NCBI RefSeq assembly: GCF_039942875.1
Contig: NZ_JBDVBQ010000046.1
Coordinates: 61,660-125,659 of the forward strand
Origin: Paraglaciecola sp.
GTDB taxonomy: Bacteria > Pseudomonadota > Gammaproteobacteria > Enterobacterales > Alteromonadaceae
DNA length: 64,000 nt
Reading direction: 5' to 3'
Shown here: positions 40,343 through 50,569 of the stretch, piece by piece
How the letters are laid out: every line of letters begins with the position of its first letter
Numbering within the stretch: the stretch's first letter is position 1
The notes under the pieces: model-generated
What the model was told of the DNA's origin: nothing
Database searches by the model: none
What the model saw: only the letters and a program-made list of their open reading frames with translations
Position numbers and translations under genes: made by a program

Positions 40343-40750
40343 TTATTTGCCAACCAATACAGAAACGTTTGCAATACCAGCTTTCTTAACTTCGTTAATT
40401 ACTTCAGTTACGTCACCGTGTTTTGCTTTAGGGTGAGCTTGAACAGCTGCAGCATCTTGATTGTTTTCAGCCAAGAAGCTTTGAATATTCGCTTCTACTC
40501 GACGAATATCAACCTGACGACCGTTCACAACTATTGTTCCATCTTCTTCTACACGAATAGATAAAGATTTTACGTTAGTTGGTGGTGGTGGTGTATTAGA
40601 GTCTTTAGGGCGACTAACTTCTAAGCCTTTCTCTTTTACGAAAGAGGTGGTCACAATAAAGAAGATAAGCATGATGAACACTATGTCCAACATGGGAGTC
40701 ATATCAATTGCAGCTTCGTCGTCTGCGCTGCCGTGCTTTTTTCTTTTCAT
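40343..40750 (-). CDS. exbD: ExbD/TolR-family biopolymer transport protein (no adjacent ExbB/TonB)
   Basis: 135 aa. It has an N-terminal TM with the MTPMLDIVFIMLIFFIV motif and a periplasmic ExbD-like domain. Confidence 0.85.
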   Translation of the reverse strand: MKRKKHGSADDEAAIDMTPMLDIVFIMLIFFIVTTSFVKEKGLEVSRPKDSNTPPPPTNVKSLSIRVEEDGTIVVNGRQVDIRRVEANIQSFLAENNQDAAAVQAHPKAKHGDVTEVINEVKKAGIANVSVLVGK

Positions 40751-40865
40751 CGGTATAAATCGCCAATTGGGTTAATACGAATACTGACTTAATAAAGACA
40801 GTTCATCTTTAGAGATCCTAAGCATTGTTGAACAATAATCAGAGTACTCTGTGGGTTAGTGTTTT

Positions 40866-41666
40866 TCACTTCCCTATAGCGTGCCCCAAATGACGAAAAT
40901 AATCCAGTAGGTTTTTTGAAATTGTTGCTCTATGTTCATCTACTGGGTAGATCCCTAACTTAGCCTCAGGGCTTTGTTTGGTACCTTGCACCAGAAACGC
41001 ATTTTTTCTAAAGTGATCTTGGATACAGGCCTCAAAGGCACGGGCACTAAGCTCCTGAGGTTGGGCGTAGTAGTAAATTTGCAGTGTTTTGTCAGCCAAT
41101 GCGCAACGATTTACATAGTCACTTGGTTGGCTTTTACTGTTAGTTAAAAAAATTGACTCAAAAACTTTGCTGAGTTTAAGATTTAAAGCATGTTGCTTTT
41201 GATGGTTATCTTTTAACCAACACTGTGATGCAAAATGATGATGTTGAGTGTTAATAAATAATTTATTGCAAATGTAATGGTCAAATGCATGAAACCACTC
41301 ATGGGCTAAGGCTCCTCCTCCGGCATTTTTTGCCAATGCTAAGGTTTTAGTTTGTGAGTCATAGTGAGCACTACTGTGTTTTCTACCACCACTTCCAAAT
41401 GCTAAAGATAGACTGCTATTAAGGGAGATAACTGTTTCTGAGACTTCTAATATTTCCATTAAGTCACACAATGCATCAAAAAATAAATTAGCAGCTATTT
41501 GTTGTTCTGTTTTGGTGACCCACTTGCCAATTGTGACTGTTCTAAAACCAAAGATTTTGACTATGTCTTGGAAACTTACATCTGCGCCGTCTCTATGCGA
41601 TGGGCCATTTCGATAATATGGCTGATGAATTCGCGAGGCTCTGTCTGACATTTTAAATGGCATCAA
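40866..41666 (-). CDS. Uncharacterised HExxH-motif protein
   Basis: 266 aa with no signal peptide. [16 protein letters not shown] is a zincin-like HExxH motif. It overlaps the fldB stop by up to 14 nt. I cannot assign a family with confidence. Confidence 0.55.
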   Translation of the reverse strand: MMPFKMSDRASRIHQPYYRNGPSHRDGADVSFQDIVKIFGFRTVTIGKWVTKTEQQIAANLFFDALCDLMEILEVSETVISLNSSLSLAFGSGGRKHSSAHYDSQTKTLALAKNAGGGALAHEWFHAFDHYICNKLFINTQHHHFASQCWLKDNHQKQHALNLKLSKVFESIFLTNSKSQPSDYVNRCALADKTLQIYYYAQPQELSARAFEACIQDHFRKNAFLVQGTKQSPEAKLGIYPVDEHRATISKNLLDYFRHLGHAIGK

Positions 41667-42195
41667 GCTCGGCTAATACTTGGGTACTCCACTCTTTTAT
41701 TCGTTGCTCAGTTAAATCATATTGATTCTCATCGTCTAAACTTAAACCAACGAAGAAACTATTTTCTGCCACTAGTGCTTTTGAATGGGTAAACTCATAG
41801 CCTTCATTTGGCCAATAACCAACAAATTCGCAGTGCAAAACCGCTAACTCATCGTGCAGCATACCTAGCGCATCTTGAAACCAGTCAGCGTAACCAAGTT
41901 GATCTCCTAAACCATATAAAGCGACTGTTTTACCTGCTAGATTCAAGTCTTTAATATCTTGCCAGCTAGACTCCCAATCTTCTTGTAATTCGCCAAAGTC
42001 CCAGGTTGATATTCCGAATATCAATAGGTTATATTCCTCCGATTTTTTTAAGTTGGTGTCTTTAACATCAAATAATTCAACCTGACAGCGATCTGACAAT
42101 TCGTGTAATTGAGTTTGAATTTTTTCAGCAGCCATTTCGGTGTAGCACGTTGTGGAGCCATAGAATAAGCCAATCTTTAGTTCTTTTGTGGGCAT
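41653..42195 (-). CDS. fldB: Flavodoxin FldB-like
   Basis: It is a long-chain flavodoxin ([20 protein letters not shown]...F). Confidence 0.88.
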   Translation of the reverse strand: MPTKELKIGLFYGSTTCYTEMAAEKIQTQLHELSDRCQVELFDVKDTNLKKSEEYNLLIFGISTWDFGELQEDWESSWQDIKDLNLAGKTVALYGLGDQLGYADWFQDALGMLHDELAVLHCEFVGYWPNEGYEFTHSKALVAENSFFVGLSLDDENQYDLTEQRIKEWSTQVLAELDAI

Positions 42196-42443
42196 GTGGA
42201 CCTTAATGAAAAATTTAATCAGACGATATGTAGTAACTTAAAAAAATCCACTGATATTATACCTAATATTACACATTACTCTTTGGGATTTTTACTTACC
42301 CAGTCTTTTAACAAAGTGTATTAGAAAAAAATAAAGCGGTATTATTTGGTTTTATTTTACATTGCTTTGGGTAATATTCGAGTGCTTGGAAGCATGAGAG
42401 CGATTTTTCATTGCATCACTTATTTAATTTGTACGGAACGAAT

Positions 42444-43556
42444 ATGAAACTTACCTCAACATTATTAGCCATAACTAGCTGTTTTTGGATGCTAGGGTGC
42501 AGCAAACCGTCTATCACTGACAATATTGATGTATACGGTTATTGGGTAATGGAGCACGACGGCACTATAATGAAGGACCCGCAGCCATCAGGTTTAAAGG
42601 CTTGGCAAGGTGGCTTGTTAACTGTGAGTGACCGTAGTGCGATACCTTCACAACGTTTACAACTTCGAAAAATATCAGCTAATAAAGCTCAATTGAATGG
42701 TCCAGATTTACTCATTTCATTGTCTCCAAGCCTAGCCAATAGTTGTTTTGCAACTTACATCAGCGGTAATCCAGATTTAGAAGCCTTGGCAATAGACCCT
42801 GACGACGACAAAGTATTTTACTTAGTGACAGAAGATGCTAGTGGCGCTGAGCCTATGCCAGGTAAGTGTCAGCAAAAATATGCTAATACAGGCTCTACAC
42901 ATTACCCCAGGTTATTAATACGCTTAGAGCAGCAAACTAATAGCTCAGTCCTGATGACTCATGTTCGCCCCATCAAATTTGCCGAAGAGATGCAAGTTGG
43001 GGACTTTCCTAACGATGGTGTTGAGGCCTTAACTTTTGGTAGTAATCGCACTTTGTATTTGGGCATAGAGAAAGATAAACAATCAAAAGCACGTATTTTT
43101 TCTTTGAAAATGGGGGAAGGTTTCTGGGGCACTGAGGATTTTGCAGAAGTTTCTGACTTACCTTTAAGGTTACCTAATTTTTCAGAGGGCAGACATCCCA
43201 TAAATGGCATGGATTTTTACCAAACACCAGCAGGGCAGGAGTTTTTGATTGCAGCAGCCCGTAATGATGGAAAGTTATGGGTAATAGACCTAAGTGGAGC
43301 AAAAGAAACACGTATATTACCACTTACATTCTACGCTGAGTTAAAAAATGGAAGTGAAAACTGCACAGGTTTTGAAAAAATGCATAATGCTTCAATTGAA
43401 GGAGTCGCAGTAATGGATGATACCCTGTGGTTGATAAATGACCCGTGGAAAAAGATGTATCCGAAAAATATTCAGTGTATCGAAAATAAAGAAAACTATG
43501 AAAATTACTCCCCTTTATTGTTTAGCTTAAAGGTTCAAGCTGAGTGGTTTCAATAG
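42444..43556 (+). CDS. Lipoprotein, beta-propeller/phytase-like (function unknown)
   Basis: The start is at ATG 42444 (MKLTSTLLAITSCFWMLGCS lipobox). Recurrent EG(V/L)A-type segments suggest a propeller. The track start at 42411 (TTG) is probably too long. Confidence 0.6.
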   Translation: MKLTSTLLAITSCFWMLGCSKPSITDNIDVYGYWVMEHDGTIMKDPQPSGLKAWQGGLLTVSDRSAIPSQRLQLRKISANKAQLNGPDLLISLSPSLANSCFATYISGNPDLEALAIDPDDDKVFYLVTEDASGAEPMPGKCQQKYANTGSTHYPRLLIRLEQQTNSSVLMTHVRPIKFAEEMQVGDFPNDGVEALTFGSNRTLYLGIEKDKQSKARIFSLKMGEGFWGTEDFAEVSDLPLRLPNFSEGRHPINGMDFYQTPAGQEFLIAAARNDGKLWVIDLSGAKETRILPLTFYAELKNGSENCTGFEKMHNASIEGVAVMDDTLWLINDPWKKMYPKNIQCIENKENYENYSPLLFSLKVQAEWFQ

Positions 43557-43611
43557 TCAATTTATAAATTGAGTTGCGCACTATAGGTTTAGTGCACAAC
43601 CCCTAAAGCCT

Positions 43612-44148
43612 TTACTTTAATTTACTGGCGAATTTTTTCTTAAATTTTGCCAGTTTAGGGGCTACAACCATATTGCAATATTGGTTTTGTGGATTATTAG
43701 AGAAATAATCTTGATGATAATCTTCAGCTTGATAGTAATTATTCACTTCGGTTAATTCGGTGACTATAGGATCTGGCCAAATTTTTTCTTCTGTAATTTC
43801 TTGTAAAATATTACTCGCAATTATTTTCTGTGACTCATCGTGGTAATAAATTGCACTACGATACTGGGTTCCCACATCATTACCTTGGCGGTTTAATTGT
43901 GTGGGATTGTGCAAGGCAAAAAATATTTCAAGAATGTCGCGATATGTAATTAAGTCTGCATCAAAATTCACTTGCACCACTTCTGCATGGCCAGTACTAC
44001 CGCTACAAACTTGCTCATAAGTTGGGTTGTCGAGTTGCCCGCCTGCGTATCCTGCATAAGCAGACACGACACCGCTAACACTATTAAACGCTGATTCAAT
44101 ACACCAGAAACAGCCACCACCAAAAGTTGCGGTTTGAATTGTTGCCAT
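43612..44148 (-). CDS. msrA: Peptide-methionine (S)-S-oxide reductase
   Basis: It has the GGCFWC active site and GHAEVV motif. Confidence 0.95.
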   Translation of the reverse strand: MATIQTATFGGGCFWCIESAFNSVSGVVSAYAGYAGGQLDNPTYEQVCSGSTGHAEVVQVNFDADLITYRDILEIFFALHNPTQLNRQGNDVGTQYRSAIYYHDESQKIIASNILQEITEEKIWPDPIVTELTEVNNYYQAEDYHQDYFSNNPQNQYCNMVVAPKLAKFKKKFASKLK

Positions 44149-44240
44149 TTTTTACTCCAACATTATTTGTTTATAGTCATAATGTGGTTGTTACAGATAC
44201 AAAATTCAAGATATAAAAACTTCAAAGAATTTTAAATGTG

Positions 44241-44270
44241 TGTCGGAATAGTCTTACCTGATTCGTTATT
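44241..44270 (+). promoter_or_regulatory. Candidate ECF-type promoter upstream of the DGPF-sigma operon
   Basis: The sequence is TGTCGGAAT-N14-CGTT, an AAC/AAT-type -35 and a CGT-type -10. It lies about 55 nt upstream of the YCII/DGPF start. Confidence 0.3.
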
Positions 44271-44324
44271 AAATTGAGAAGTTTGATGAGCAAATTTTTC
44301 AATAACCAATTAAGAGAGGAAAAT

Positions 44325-44657
44325 ATGCAATTTTTAGCGTTGATTTATGCTGGTGAAGGCAAAGATGATGTGGACATGGAAACTCTAATAAGTCAGTACG
44401 AGTCTTTTGAAGAGGAAGCAAAAAATGTTGTTTTGGGGAGTAATGCCCTAGAGGCAGTAAGTACCGCCACATCAGTGAGAGTTAGGGATGGAAAATCACA
44501 CCTAACAGACGGTCCTTTTGCTGAGACTAAAGAGCAACTTGGAGGCTATTATTTATTTGACTGTAAAGACCTTGATGAGGCATTGCTTTGGGCTGCTAAA
44601 ATTCCTAGTGCCCGTTATGGCACAGTTGAAGTGAGACCGGTCATGCTATTTGATTGA
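44325..44657 (+). CDS. YCII/DGPF-domain protein
   Basis: The start is at MQFLALIY, preceded by GAGAGGA. It contains the literal DGPF motif (LTDGPFAETKEQLGGYY). Confidence 0.8.
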   Translation: MQFLALIYAGEGKDDVDMETLISQYESFEEEAKNVVLGSNALEAVSTATSVRVRDGKSHLTDGPFAETKEQLGGYYLFDCKDLDEALLWAAKIPSARYGTVEVRPVMLFD

Positions 44658-44672
44658 TAGACACTGACTGTT

Positions 44673-45902
44673 TTGCATATGGATGAGATATCACGCATTT
44701 TTAGAGCTGAGTCAGGTAAGGTTATTGCCTCTCTGGTTTATATTTCTAAAGATATACAGTTAGCTGAAGATGCGCTACAAGATGCTTTGGAACAGGCGAG
44801 TATCCACTGGCCTGTTCAAGGTGTACCTGTTAATAGTTGTGCTTGGCTTTACTTAGTCGCTAAGCGTAAGCTCATCGATAATTTACGCAAAACAAAAGTC
44901 TATAATGATAAACAAAAGACCGACTTAATTAGGCAGAGTATTATTTTACATGAAGCTACTGCTGAGCTTGAATATGATGTACCGGATGAAAGGCTTAGAT
45001 TAATCTTTACATGCTGTCATCCCGCATTAAATGAAGATGCACAAGTTGCATTAACTCTTAGAGCTTTATGTGGTTTAACAATCAAAGAAATAGCTCGGGC
45101 TTATTTTGTCTCTGAAGTGGCAATGGGTCAAAGGATCACCAGAGCCAAGAGAAAAATTAAAACTGCAGGTATCTCTTATGAAGTGCCTAGCCATGCACAA
45201 CTAAACGCTCGTTTATCCAGTGTACTTAAAGTTATTTATTTAATTTATAACGAATCTTATAGCGCATTTGAGGGGCAAACACTGACTCGGCAAGATTTTG
45301 CTCAAGAAGCCATTAGGTTAAGTCGCTTGATGGTTGAGTTAACGCCATCTGCGGAAGTATTCGGTATGGCGGCATTACTGTTGTTTCATGATGCGAGAAG
45401 AGCATCTCGTAGTGATAACCAAGAGTCTTATATTCCACTAGAACATCAAGATAGACAGTTATGGGATGACAAGCTGATTGTTGAAGCGAATAAATATATG
45501 GATAAAGCATTGGCATATAAACAAGCCGGGCAATATCAACTACAAGCTGCAATTAGCGCGTTACATTGCCACGCACCTAGTTGGGAGGCAACAGATTGGT
45601 ACCAGATTACATTACTCTATTTGCGCTTGTTAGATTTTAATGGGTCGCCAATGGTTCTGCTTAACCTCTTGGTTGCTAAGTCTTATACAGCAGAACTAGA
45701 CAAGGTATATCAAGAGTTATTGTTATTAGAGGCTCAGTTGCCTGATTATCAACCCTACTATGCAGCGAAAAGCGATATAGAGGGTCGTTTAGGGTTACTG
45801 GTAGCGGCAAATGCCTCACTAGATAAGGCGATCAAGTTAAGTCAAAATGGTAGTGAGCGAGACTTCTTATTACGAAAAAGGGCCGTATCTCTCAAAAATT
45901 GA
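44673..45902 (+). CDS. ECF sigma factor with long C-terminal extension (ECF42-like)
   Basis: Sigma-2 and sigma-4 regions are present (CAWLYLVAKRKLIDNLRK; LTIKEIARAYFVSEVAMGQRITRAKRKI). An extension of about 220 aa follows. It lies directly downstream of the DGPF gene. Confidence 0.85.
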   Translation: MHMDEISRIFRAESGKVIASLVYISKDIQLAEDALQDALEQASIHWPVQGVPVNSCAWLYLVAKRKLIDNLRKTKVYNDKQKTDLIRQSIILHEATAELEYDVPDERLRLIFTCCHPALNEDAQVALTLRALCGLTIKEIARAYFVSEVAMGQRITRAKRKIKTAGISYEVPSHAQLNARLSSVLKVIYLIYNESYSAFEGQTLTRQDFAQEAIRLSRLMVELTPSAEVFGMAALLLFHDARRASRSDNQESYIPLEHQDRQLWDDKLIVEANKYMDKALAYKQAGQYQLQAAISALHCHAPSWEATDWYQITLLYLRLLDFNGSPMVLLNLLVAKSYTAELDKVYQELLLLEAQLPDYQPYYAAKSDIEGRLGLLVAANASLDKAIKLSQNGSERDFLLRKRAVSLKN

Positions 45903-45960
45903 ACCGACATCTTTGTTTGTACGTATTAACAATTTAAATGAATCTAATTGACTGGCTCTA

Positions 45961-46377
45961 ATGTTAACTACCGAACTCATTATATTTTATGATGGCTATT
46001 GCCCTTTATGTTTAGCTGAAATGCGTAAGCTAAAGGAGTTAGATACATCACAGGCTATTTCTTTTGTTGATATCCAAGAAGACAGTTTTACTCAACATTA
46101 TCCACACTTAGATTGGGGGGCGTTGAATGCCCGTATTCATGGTTATCTTGCTGATGGCAGGTTGATAAGTGGCTTAGATGTGACATACGTAGCGTGGAAA
46201 TTAGTAGGAAAAGGTTGGGTATATGCCCCCCTTAGGTGGCCCGTAATTAGATGGTTTGCAGATATAGCTTACAAAGGTTTCGCTAAGCATCGTTACACTA
46301 TTTCGTTTTTGTTAACAGGCAAAAAGCGTTGTTTACCTTGTGAGCAAGTTGATAGAGGTTCAGATGTCAAAAACTAA
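45961..46377 (+). CDS. DCC-family thiol-disulfide oxidoreductase (DUF393)
   Basis: YDGYCPLC is the motif at the N-terminus. Confidence 0.8.
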   Translation: MLTTELIIFYDGYCPLCLAEMRKLKELDTSQAISFVDIQEDSFTQHYPHLDWGALNARIHGYLADGRLISGLDVTYVAWKLVGKGWVYAPLRWPVIRWFADIAYKGFAKHRYTISFLLTGKKRCLPCEQVDRGSDVKN

Positions 46378-47101
46378 CGCTCTTGTGATTGGTGCATCTG
46401 GGGGCATTGGCGCAGCATTAGTTAATCAGCTGCAACACTCAAATGTTTACCATCAAGTACATGCTGTTTCTCGCAATTTACCCTCTGAGCCTTTAACTCA
46501 TGTCTGTTATCATCAAGTGGACTCGGAAGATGACCATAATATTTTTGAATTATGCCAACAGCTTAATTCCCAAGGGATTCAATTTACACTCGTTGTTTGT
46601 TGTATAGGAGCGTTACATGGGCAAATTGGTGAGCATTTAGTTAAACCTGAAAAGCGCATGGAAGATTTAGACTCTAAAAGCCTAGATTTTTATTTTTCAA
46701 CTAACGCCATTACTCCTGCTATTTGGCTTAAAAACGTAGAGACGTTGTTGAAAGGCAAGCAAGCAGCAAAGTTAGTGTTTTTGAGCGCTAGGGTGGGCAG
46801 TATTAATGATAATGAGCTAGGCGGTTGGTATGGTTACCGCGCAAGTAAGGCAGCCTTAAATATGTTGATAAAAACGGCACAAGTTGAGTTGAAAAGGCGT
46901 GCTAAAAATGTCGCATTGGTTAGTTATCATCCTGGTACTGTAGATACTAATTTATCTAAGCCTTTTCAGAGCAATGTTCCTCAAGGTAAATTATTCACTG
47001 CTGATTTCACTGTGTCGCAATTGTTAAACATACTCTTAGACTTAACAACAGAAGATGCCCCTTATTACTTAGATTGGCAGGGGAAAACGATTTCTTGGTA
47101 A
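46364..47101 (+). CDS. Short-chain dehydrogenase/reductase
   Basis: The start is at MSKTNALVIGASGGIG (Rossmann). YRASK is the catalytic motif. It overlaps the DCC gene by 14 nt. Confidence 0.8.
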   Translation: MSKTNALVIGASGGIGAALVNQLQHSNVYHQVHAVSRNLPSEPLTHVCYHQVDSEDDHNIFELCQQLNSQGIQFTLVVCCIGALHGQIGEHLVKPEKRMEDLDSKSLDFYFSTNAITPAIWLKNVETLLKGKQAAKLVFLSARVGSINDNELGGWYGYRASKAALNMLIKTAQVELKRRAKNVALVSYHPGTVDTNLSKPFQSNVPQGKLFTADFTVSQLLNILLDLTTEDAPYYLDWQGKTISW

Positions 47102-47228
47102 CCTTCATCCGTATCGATACCTGTGATGATTTTTATGCTTAAGCCTACGGATTGCCTAACAACAAAGACATTCTGAAATTCTGCTGGTAATATCTGCCCC
47201 CAATTATAAAAATAAAATAGGACTTGTT

Positions 47229-48656
47229 ATGAGCGCACCTCGTGAACAATTTGGCTCTCGTTTGGGTTTTATATTGGCTGCAGCGGGTTCAGCAGTCGGT
47301 ATAGGTAATTTAGTTGGGTTTCCGGTTGGCGCGGCTAAAAATGGTGGCGGAGCATTCTTATTGATGTACGCCATATTTGTTGTGGCAATTTGTGTTCCTG
47401 TGATGATTGCTGAAATGACGATAGGCAGAGCTAGCCAGAAAGACCCTTTAGGGGCATTAACATCTCTGTCCGATGGTCATAAAGGTTGGCGCTTCGCTGG
47501 TTGGTTATCCATAGTTACGCCTTTTATGATCGCGGTATTTTACTTAGTTATTACTATTTGGATTTTTGGTTATTTATTTGAATCTAGTATAGGAAATCTA
47601 GACTTACTGGCAGACCCCGCAACGTTTGGAAATTTTATATCTGGCAATAGCATCTTTATATACATGGCTGGCGTACTGGCGATTGTATATTTGATTTTAC
47701 AAGGTGGCGTAAAACAAGGTATCGAAAAAGCAGCTAAAATATTGATGCCAGCCTTGTTTATTATGCTACTTGGCATGGTTGTGTTTGTGTTGACCCGAGA
47801 CAATGCTATGGCAGGGGTATCGTTTTACCTTGTTCCCGATTTTGACAAGATTAATGCTAGTGTCATTAATGGCGCGCTTTCTCAGGCATTTTTCTCTTTG
47901 TCCTTGGGAATGGGGATAATGATTACCTATGGTAGTTATATTGATAAGCGCTCTAATTTACCTTCTTCTGCAAAGCTGGTGGCACTGACCGATACTGCCG
48001 TTGCCTTTACTGCTGGCTTGATGATCCTACCTGCAATTTTTTCATTTAATCCTGAGGTAAATCCAAGTGAGTTAAGTGAATCTTCAGTCTCAATGATTTT
48101 CTCTTACTTGCCGCAAATATTTTTAGCTTTGCAAGACTCATTGGGATATGCAGGGGCTAGTGTTGTCGCGAGTATCTTCTTTTTATTAGTATTTTTCGCT
48201 GCCATCACTTCTCTTGTTTCTATATTCGAAGTCCCCGTATCGGCTCTAATGAGTGAGAAAGGTGTAAAGCGTAAAAACTCATTGTTTATTTGTGGCACTT
48301 TACTTGTCGTGTTTGCTCTTATGTGTGCATTTTCATTTGGCTTTTTCGAGTTTTTTACGTCATTTATTAGTTATGGTGGTTCTGAAACGCCTAAATCATT
48401 CTTCGATTTGGTATATGACGTTTTTTACGACACTATTTTGCCGCTTAATGGCTTATTGATTTGCTTATTTGTAAGTTACAAGTGGAAAGCTAAAGCTTTT
48501 AACCAAGAGTTAGACCAAGGTGCTCCTGAGTTCAAGAAGAGTTTCCTTGAACGATACGTAAATATTGCCCTTGGTACTTTTATTCCTTTGATTTTATTGG
48601 TTATTTTTGTGAATACCGTGGCGCTGAAGTTTTTTGGTAATGCTTTGATTGGTTAA
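47229..48656 (+). CDS. Sodium-dependent transporter, NSS/SNF family
   Basis: It has about 12 TM segments. The N-terminal motif is F.SRLGFILAAAGSAVGIGN. Confidence 0.9.
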   Translation: MSAPREQFGSRLGFILAAAGSAVGIGNLVGFPVGAAKNGGGAFLLMYAIFVVAICVPVMIAEMTIGRASQKDPLGALTSLSDGHKGWRFAGWLSIVTPFMIAVFYLVITIWIFGYLFESSIGNLDLLADPATFGNFISGNSIFIYMAGVLAIVYLILQGGVKQGIEKAAKILMPALFIMLLGMVVFVLTRDNAMAGVSFYLVPDFDKINASVINGALSQAFFSLSLGMGIMITYGSYIDKRSNLPSSAKLVALTDTAVAFTAGLMILPAIFSFNPEVNPSELSESSVSMIFSYLPQIFLALQDSLGYAGASVVASIFFLLVFFAAITSLVSIFEVPVSALMSEKGVKRKNSLFICGTLLVVFALMCAFSFGFFEFFTSFISYGGSETPKSFFDLVYDVFYDTILPLNGLLICLFVSYKWKAKAFNQELDQGAPEFKKSFLERYVNIALGTFIPLILLVIFVNTVALKFFGNALIG

Positions 48657-48678
48657 TGACCCTTGTATGGACAGTCAC

Positions 48679-49515
48679 CTATGGGTACTGTCCTAGCATA
48701 TCGAAGGGGTTTGGATATTTAAAGCGTAGCCCTAATAGTTGTAAGCTGTTGTCACTATTAATTTGTTTGCCTGATGGTATCCCTGAACCTGCTATAAAAG
48801 TTGGAGGGGGCAGACCAAGCTTTTTGGCGGCCCATGTGTAATATTGAATGCGAGTAGGATGAATCAGTGAACTTAAATTTATAATATTTCCCCATAATGA
48901 CTTTTGAATCACTCGCTCGATTGTATTTATTACGTCCTCTTGGTGAATTAAATTCACCATATCATCTGGGTTTGCTACCCCAGTTTTACCTGCTAGGTAA
49001 TTGACAGGGTGACGGTCTGCTCCCACTAAACCAGCTGGGCGGATAATACTGCTGTTATTAGGGAAGTATTTAGTGACCAGTTTTTCAACGTGGAGATTTA
49101 TTTTTCCGGACAAAGTCGTAGGATTTGTAGGGCTTTTCTCTGTAATGACACAACTACTATTGCCATAAACAGATGTCGTACTGATAAAAATAACCTTTTT
49201 TATTTTACTATGTGAAGCCTGTTCCAATAGTATTTGCATATGCTGTGCAAAGTTTTCGATTGTGGGGTTTTTGCGGCCGACAGGTATATTTAAAATTAAA
49301 ATATCGCTTTCAAACATCACTCCTAACGCCTTAGAGTGAATATTATCTCCTAGTGAATACTGCACTGGATGTAAACCTAAACTGGCTAATGCTTGACACT
49401 TTTGTTTCGAACGTGTTGAGGCCACAATATCGCAACCACAACTTTTTAATCTTAACGCTAGTGGTTGGCCTAACCAACCACAACCCGTAATCGAAATTTG
49501 CACGCAGTAATCCAA
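48679..49515 (-). CDS. NAD(P)-binding protein, YeeZ-like
   Basis: It has a Rossmann N-terminus (ITGCGWLG). STTSVYG and AGLVGADRHP resemble YeeZ. Confidence 0.72.
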   Translation of the reverse strand: MDYCVQISITGCGWLGQPLALRLKSCGCDIVASTRSKQKCQALASLGLHPVQYSLGDNIHSKALGVMFESDILILNIPVGRKNPTIENFAQHMQILLEQASHSKIKKVIFISTTSVYGNSSCVITEKSPTNPTTLSGKINLHVEKLVTKYFPNNSSIIRPAGLVGADRHPVNYLAGKTGVANPDDMVNLIHQEDVINTIERVIQKSLWGNIINLSSLIHPTRIQYYTWAAKKLGLPPPTFIAGSGIPSGKQINSDNSLQLLGLRFKYPNPFDMLGQYP

Positions 49516-49542
49516 CCTAACAGTTTAATAGCCCCTAGGTTA

Positions 49543-50337
49543 TCACATCAATTGAGTTTCTTTACTCATGTGTAACACATCTAAGCTACTAAGTTGCTTA
49601 ACATTTAGTTGTAGCTGATTTTCAGCTATATCTATCTTGGTGAGTGTGTCACACAAAGCATTGGCATTTTTTTCTAAAACTATGGCTTGAGTTTCAAATT
49701 TATGTTCAATACGTTGACCAAAATGTTCCATTTTTTGCTCGAATTCATCTAAATCCCCCCCACCAAAAATAATTTGGGTGCCTAGGGCAACCATAATGTG
49801 TCCAATTGATTCAGAAACGACCTCTTCTATAGTTTCTTCGAACTCTCGCTCCCACTGCTCTCCCATAAACGCTCCATCTTCAAAAGCATTTGAGTCGATT
49901 CTTATACTGCCGTTGTCCCCGTAAAAGTTATATTGAACTTGTTGATCTAATTCATACAGTTTATCTGACAAATCTTGCATGACATGGCTATTAGAGCCTA
50001 ATAATTCTTCAAATACTTCATTCATAGCACTACTGGCTAAAGCGATGGCATCGGTTGCGATGTTAGCCGCTTGTGGTACTGCTTGATTAATACCATTGTA
50101 ATATTGATTCACCCATTGCTGTTGCTCGGTAGACAAGTCAACTACCTGATTATTGACATATAGAGTTTTGTCTTCAGTAATGGTGAGCTGATTCTGGTGG
50201 TCCATTTGAACTTGTAAAACCTTATCTTCAAGTTGCAATTGACCGTCAAGCTCAATATTGCATTGATTGGCGAAAGCTGAAAGTGAACCGAAAGTTAGAG
50301 TGGCGGCTAAAATAATTGAACGCATATTGTTCTCCAA
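49543..50337 (-). CDS. DUF2884/YggN-like periplasmic protein
   Basis: A signal peptide is followed by CNIELDGQLQLED..., and the sequence is acidic and helical. It resembles YggN. Confidence 0.65.
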   Translation of the reverse strand: MENNMRSIILAATLTFGSLSAFANQCNIELDGQLQLEDKVLQVQMDHQNQLTITEDKTLYVNNQVVDLSTEQQQWVNQYYNGINQAVPQAANIATDAIALASSAMNEVFEELLGSNSHVMQDLSDKLYELDQQVQYNFYGDNGSIRIDSNAFEDGAFMGEQWEREFEETIEEVVSESIGHIMVALGTQIIFGGGDLDEFEQKMEHFGQRIEHKFETQAIVLEKNANALCDTLTKIDIAENQLQLNVKQLSSLDVLHMSKETQLM

Positions 50338-50569
50338 GAGTAATCGTTTTTTTATTCACTAGAGCAAAGGCTAAGCCAAAATTAAAAAGTCATATAAAAC
50401 AATAAGATAGATGTGATTTATAAGTTGCCAACTAAAGTTCACATGAATTTTTTAGTGAGCGTGACTAATAAGTCGTTATTTAGACCATCTAATTTTTCTA
50501 TTTATGCTTTTCGTCCTTTGGTTTTTTGGTGCATAATATGTAGAGATAGCAATAACTAGGAATTAGCTA

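Noticed and set aside
43573-43600. An 11-bp imperfect hairpin between the convergent lipoprotein gene and msrA, considered as a terminator
   Set aside because: The stem is plausible, but there is no flanking U-tract on either side, so I did not list it as a feature.
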